From: a virus
Taxonomy: Duplodnaviria; Heunggongvirae; Uroviricota; Caudoviricetes
Length of the DNA stretch: 10,381 bases
Virus record (IMG/VR): IMGVR_UViG_2531839265_000011
Location: 1 to 10,381 of that record
Direction: 5' to 3' (one strand)
In this document: positions 6,988 to 10,381 of the stretch, in pieces
How positions within the stretch are numbered: position 1 is the stretch's first letter
How the letters are laid out: each line of letters begins with the position of its first letter
Program-made: the position numbers and the translations under genes
Notes under the pieces: generated by a model
Databases searched by the model: none
Seen by the model: the letters and a program-made list of their open reading frames with translations, nothing else
Told to the model about the DNA's origin: nothing

Positions 6988-8463
6988 TCATACTGTCAGT
7001 TCCTCCAGCGCCAGTTTATTGTTAATCATTGCCCGCAGTGTCAGGCGCTCCAGTGGTGACTTCGGCCCAAAGTCATAATCAATATACAACTGCCCTGCCG
7101 CCAGGGTTTCTGCAGTGTTCAGTTCATCGTTCAGCCATGCACTGCCACCGTGGATCGCGCCCAGATTTTTAAGCTGACGCATATAGGCATTAATGCTGCC
7201 AAGAATGTCGTCTGCCACATCCCGATCAAGCGGGCGATCGACATAAGGCAGCATGGCCTCCTGGATGCTGTCCTCAATCACATCTGCAGTGCGGCGTACC
7301 GGCTCAAAACGCCACTGACTGTGGGATGTGCACAGACGGTTACCCCAGTGTTTAAAACCGTCATGGCGAATAATGGTGGAGATATTTTCCATGTTCAGCA
7401 GGTTTGCCGTGCAGTTCTGCTCCCCGAGAATAAACGTATCCACCTGCTCCAGACCGGTGATATTCATCACGTCCTGGTTTGATTTGGACCACCACCACCC
7501 TTTTTCGTAATCAATACGGGCACGCAGCCCGGCAGCACGAGCCGAATATGGACGAAATATCGTTTGCCCGCTGTCATCCGTCACTGACACGCGCGGACGC
7601 AGCAGCTCCACACGCCCACCAAATGACGCGCGCCGCTGAACCACATCCTGCGGTGTTGCCATTGAGGGCGAGTCAATATAGGCCACAGCCCGCAGCTTCG
7701 CGGCATACGTTTCCAGCGCCTTTGCCACGCCATCATCCTCACTGTACCCCGTGGCGATGAGGATGCGCGGTTGATAGCCTGTCACGCCCTTACTTTCTGT
7801 CAGCGCCTCCATGGCCTGAATCACCGCCGCACGCTGTTCGGCCTCTTTCGCCTTTGTTTTACTTTCTGCGCGCACCACAATCACCAGCGCCCCAGTCTGG
7901 TCAAAAATATCTCGCAGGGCCGGGTATAATGTTCCGGCTGTGCCCAGTTTCCCGGCCTGAGTAATGGCCCCTGCCACCACCACTGGTGTATTGACCGGGA
8001 ACGCCTCATCTTCTCCGCCGGATAACGTCAGGCTGAACGGCAACACCACTTTATTTTCAGCGTCTCCTGCATTCAGGGTGCTGACAGCCGCCGTCACAGG
8101 CGAATCCCCCAGCGCATTCACCACTTCAGTCACACGGTCCGCCGTGGCGTTAACCTGGCTGTGTTCGTCCGTCCCCAGTGTTATCGTCAGGGTCGTACCT
8201 TTCAGCGAGGCCACTGTCTGCGCATTTTGTTCTGTGGCAGCCACAGCAACAACCGAAATCTTATTACCGGCCCGACCTTCCTGTTTCGCCGTGAAATCCA
8301 GCGCCGTTCCCAGCAGCCAGGAGCCGGCTGTGCCGGAAGCGCACACACCACCAGAGGCGTCCGGCGCTGTCCCCACCAGGCCAATCACTGCCGTGGAGAT
8401 GGTCTGCACGGCAACCGTGCCTGTCGTCAGTTCAATGGTTTCAACACCATGTAATCCGGACAT
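6988..8463 (-). CDS. tail sheath protein (FI-like)
   Basis: 491-aa ORF; ATG 8463-8461 with GGGAGA 5 nt upstream; N-terminus MSGLHGVETIELTTGTVAVQTISTAVIGLVGTAPDA, central PRILIATGYSEDDGVAKALETYAAKLRAVAYI, GWWWSKSNQ, IRHDGFKHWGNR and C-terminal AETLAAGQLYIDYDFGPKSPLERLTLRAMI blocks match the conserved segments of P2 FI-type sheath proteins from memory. Confidence 0.9.
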   Translation of the reverse strand: MSGLHGVETIELTTGTVAVQTISTAVIGLVGTAPDASGGVCASGTAGSWLLGTALDFTAKQEGRAGNKISVVAVAATEQNAQTVASLKGTTLTITLGTDEHSQVNATADRVTEVVNALGDSPVTAAVSTLNAGDAENKVVLPFSLTLSGGEDEAFPVNTPVVVAGAITQAGKLGTAGTLYPALRDIFDQTGALVIVVRAESKTKAKEAEQRAAVIQAMEALTESKGVTGYQPRILIATGYSEDDGVAKALETYAAKLRAVAYIDSPSMATPQDVVQRRASFGGRVELLRPRVSVTDDSGQTIFRPYSARAAGLRARIDYEKGWWWSKSNQDVMNITGLEQVDTFILGEQNCTANLLNMENISTIIRHDGFKHWGNRLCTSHSQWRFEPVRRTADVIEDSIQEAMLPYVDRPLDRDVADDILGSINAYMRQLKNLGAIHGGSAWLNDELNTAETLAAGQLYIDYDFGPKSPLERLTLRAMINNKLALEELTV

Positions 8464-8476
8464 ACATTTCTCCCAT

Positions 8477-8498
8477 AAAAAAACCGCCCTCAGGCGGT
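8477..8498 (-). terminator. intrinsic (rho-independent) terminator between Tfa and sheath genes
   Basis: On the minus strand: ACCGCC-TGAG-GGCGGT (6-bp stem, 4-nt loop; 8498-8483) followed by TTTTTT (8482-8477); 20 nt after the Tfa stop and 13 nt before the sheath ATG. Confidence 0.65.
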
Positions 8499-8517
8499 CA
8501 GATGATTAACTTCTTTT

Positions 8518-9069
8518 TCAGGTATTTTGTGGCTGCTCAGGCCAGCTAATATTGTTGTATGTGGTCTTATCCGTAATAGCGCTGAAATCCATCGCCTGCA
8601 GCGATTTCGCGTAAATGCGGTACGCTTTCAGCTTCTCCCTGTCTTCGTCACTGATTAATCCCGGCAGCAGGTCTTTTTCCCATTCGCTGGTCATGATGCT
8701 GACCTGTTTTAACAGAGCATCGCGCTCATCTTCCGCTTTAAGTTTGTAGTCGAAGACAAATTTATCGTCGCGGTAAAACCAGTAACCAGGCACGGTTATA
8801 CGGCGATTAGCGGTAATATCAGGAACTTCAATAACACTGGCGTTACGGGGTTCAATGCCTGTCACATCCTTACCGACCCACACCACGCGCCCGTCTCCGG
8901 TGTAAACCATTTTTATGGTGTCACTGGCAAAATTCTTCTGTTCTTCATACCAGTTTTTGTCATCTTCCGAAAAAAGCCAGGTGATACCATGTTGTTTTGT
9001 CATCTGATATTGTTCTGCGGTTTTCGGATTGCCCGCAGTAATATTTTTAAATGCAACATTGTTAAACAC
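8518..9069 (-). CDS. tail fibre assembly protein (Tfa, gpG-like)
   Basis: 183-aa ORF starting (GTG 9069-9067) 8 nt inside the end of the upstream fibre gene; C-terminus ...TTYNNISWPEQPQNT carries the W-P-x-x-P ending characteristic of Tfa chaperones; position immediately downstream of a fibre gene. Confidence 0.8.
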   Translation of the reverse strand: MFNNVAFKNITAGNPKTAEQYQMTKQHGITWLFSEDDKNWYEEQKNFASDTIKMVYTGDGRVVWVGKDVTGIEPRNASVIEVPDITANRRITVPGYWFYRDDKFVFDYKLKAEDERDALLKQVSIMTSEWEKDLLPGLISDEDREKLKAYRIYAKSLQAMDFSAITDKTTYNNISWPEQPQNT

Positions 9070-10381
9070 TCGCCACGTTATACCAGGTGCCGTTAATCAG
9101 TTTCTGAAGCGGACGGTAATACACGCCGCCGATGTTATCTGCCGAATTACTTCCGGTTTCCTGCACATTAATACCGGATAACCCGTGGCCTGAAGGTGAG
9201 CGAAATGTCCAGGATACCTGGTTACCTCCCGGGTTGTAATACATTTCGGAACCATAACGCACATCCTGTACGCCGCCATTTCGCTGCTGATAACGGGCAT
9301 CGAAATTTCCATAGTTTGATGGGGTCATCTGTCCGTTTACAGCGAATGTGATACTGCCATCGGTATTTCTCTGGCTGTAAAAATGCCAGCCGGAATCATC
9401 ACCAAGCTCTGCAACTACAGGTCGGGATGAATTACCCCATAAATTAAACGTTGCGTTTTTCGTCGAGTTGTTGGCGCTGGATAACGTGAATTTTTTAGCA
9501 TTTCCGGCCTGAATATTTTTTAACGCTATCGCCACACCATTCTGGAAACGAAATACATGCTGTCCATTCGCATAAACATCCAGAATGCCGTCGCCGTTTT
9601 GTTTTATACCTGTATCGTTATCCCCGAAAGCAATTGAGTTTCCGCCCAGCGCGTTCTGAACGCCGATACCCAGCGCACCATTGACCTGAGAACCGCCGCC
9701 AACAGACACTTTATGCGACATAGATATTTCACCCGTCCGCAGATTAATAGTGAACGGGCGAAGTGGACCAATATCGCCATTTTCACCTTGGTTTTCCTGT
9801 GTTGGAATAAGGTGCAGGCACTCTTCCGAACGACGAAAAATCAGCCCAAAGGCTTCGTTGAAAATCCTCAGCGCATTAACACCACGGATTTTCAGTTCCC
9901 CGGTCATGGTGTCACCATCACGCTGAACGGCATTTTTTGCCTTGTCCACCGTGGGTTTTAATCCGAGGTTTTCAACAGCCTCATCCTTGTCTTCCACATC
10001 CGAAAGATTCTTTTTTCGTTGCAGATAGCGTCTGTCTCCGATTTCCTGAGTAATAATGGCCCTGTCCGGATCAACTTCCAGCACCACGTTTTGTGCGTGC
10101 GTCAGCCCAAGAACCAGCGTCAGAATAACTTCCTTGATAACGGAGTCCGTCTGGTCTGGTAAAAAGGTGTCGGGATAACGTCCGTACGCGATAAGCGTAC
10201 CTCTGTCGCTGATCATCCCCAGTTCACGAAGGGTTTTACCGGGGTATGATTTACAGTCAATCACAATATCCCCGCTGATGAAGCCCTCCTCCACCGCACC
10301 GTCGGAAAAGGGTTCCTGCCCGAATTCGCCGTACAACGATGTCATTGCTGCCATTTCATCCGGCGTGGATGGCAATGCCCG
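9062..10381 (-). CDS. tail fibre protein, P2 gpH-like (5' end truncated by window edge)
   Basis: Open to the window edge (no stop between 10375 and 10381; the listed M is a TTG, so the true start is probably upstream). N-terminal region (TLRELGMISDRGTLIAYG...) resembles the P2 H baseplate-attachment region; DGDTMTGEL collar motif; C-terminal region (NALGGNSIAFGDNDTGIKQNGDGILDVYANGQHVFRFQNGVAIALKNIQAG...VVAELGDDSGWHFYSQRNTDGSITFAVNGQM...LINGTWYNVASV) matches the conserved distal domain shared by P2 H / Mu S-type fibres as I recall them. Confidence 0.85.
   Translation of the reverse strand, partial: RALPSTPDEMAAMTSLYGEFGQEPFSDGAVEEGFISGDIVIDCKSYPGKTLRELGMISDRGTLIAYGRYPDTFLPDQTDSVIKEVILTLVLGLTHAQNVVLEVDPDRAIITQEIGDRRYLQRKKNLSDVEDKDEAVENLGLKPTVDKAKNAVQRDGDTMTGELKIRGVNALRIFNEAFGLIFRRSEECLHLIPTQENQGENGDIGPLRPFTINLRTGEISMSHKVSVGGGSQVNGALGIGVQNALGGNSIAFGDNDTGIKQNGDGILDVYANGQHVFRFQNGVAIALKNIQAGNAKKFTLSSANNSTKNATFNLWGNSSRPVVAELGDDSGWHFYSQRNTDGSITFAVNGQMTPSNYGNFDARYQQRNGGVQDVRYGSEMYYNPGGNQVSWTFRSPSGHGLSGINVQETGSNSADNIGGVYYRPLQKLINGTWYNVASV

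Noticed and set aside
7964-8509. 181-aa plus-strand ORF and other short plus-strand ORFs across 7150..8454
   Set aside because: Antisense to the well-supported sheath gene; no start context and no family resemblance.
8464-8517. Looked for a late promoter (Ogr-type TGT-N12-ACA dyad) or a small cargo/defence gene at the Tfa-sheath junction
   Set aside because: The gap is 54 bp and is filled by the terminator hairpin and the sheath RBS; no dyad or ORF is present.
1-10381. Scanned for tRNA or rRNA genes, CRISPR repeats, IS inverted repeats, integrase or attachment sites
   Set aside because: Nothing found by eye: no repeat-spacer periodicity, no tRNA-like structure in the very short intergenic regions, and coding density on the minus strand is near-continuous.

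Overview
The window is a contractile-tail (P2/phiCTX/R-pyocin-type) gene module from an enterobacterial-like prophage or tailocin, with every supportable gene on the minus strand, so transcription runs from high to low coordinates. Order of transcription: tail fibre (gpH-like, 5' end beyond the window) - tail fibre assembly protein (gpG/Tfa-like) - intrinsic terminator - tail sheath (FI-like) - tail tube (FII-like) - intrinsic terminator - tail assembly chaperone E with a T_TTT_TTG -1 frameshift site giving E+E' - tape measure protein - gpU-like - small LysM-like gpX - gpD-like - a second, mosaic side tail fibre (lambdoid Stf-type N-terminus, P2-H-like shaft motifs) - a second putative fibre chaperone. 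I found no rRNA, tRNA, CRISPR array, IS element, integrase or credible plus-strand gene; the long plus-strand ORFs are antisense shadows. Points worth a second look: (1) three reading-frame breaks in essential tail genes (two in the tape measure, one at the tube start), each exactly at a 7-nt A run in the coding strand, which is either homopolymer indel error in the assembly or genuine inactivation of the element; (2) the second fibre plus chaperone cassette fused directly downstream of gpD; (3) the unannotated E/E' frameshift; (4) two intrinsic terminators inside the tail cluster; (5) an extra segment of roughly 100 aa in the sheath. I see no evidence for a non-phage novel system such as a defence island in this window. 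All family assignments are from reading the translations and from remembered family features and gene order; no database search was run.
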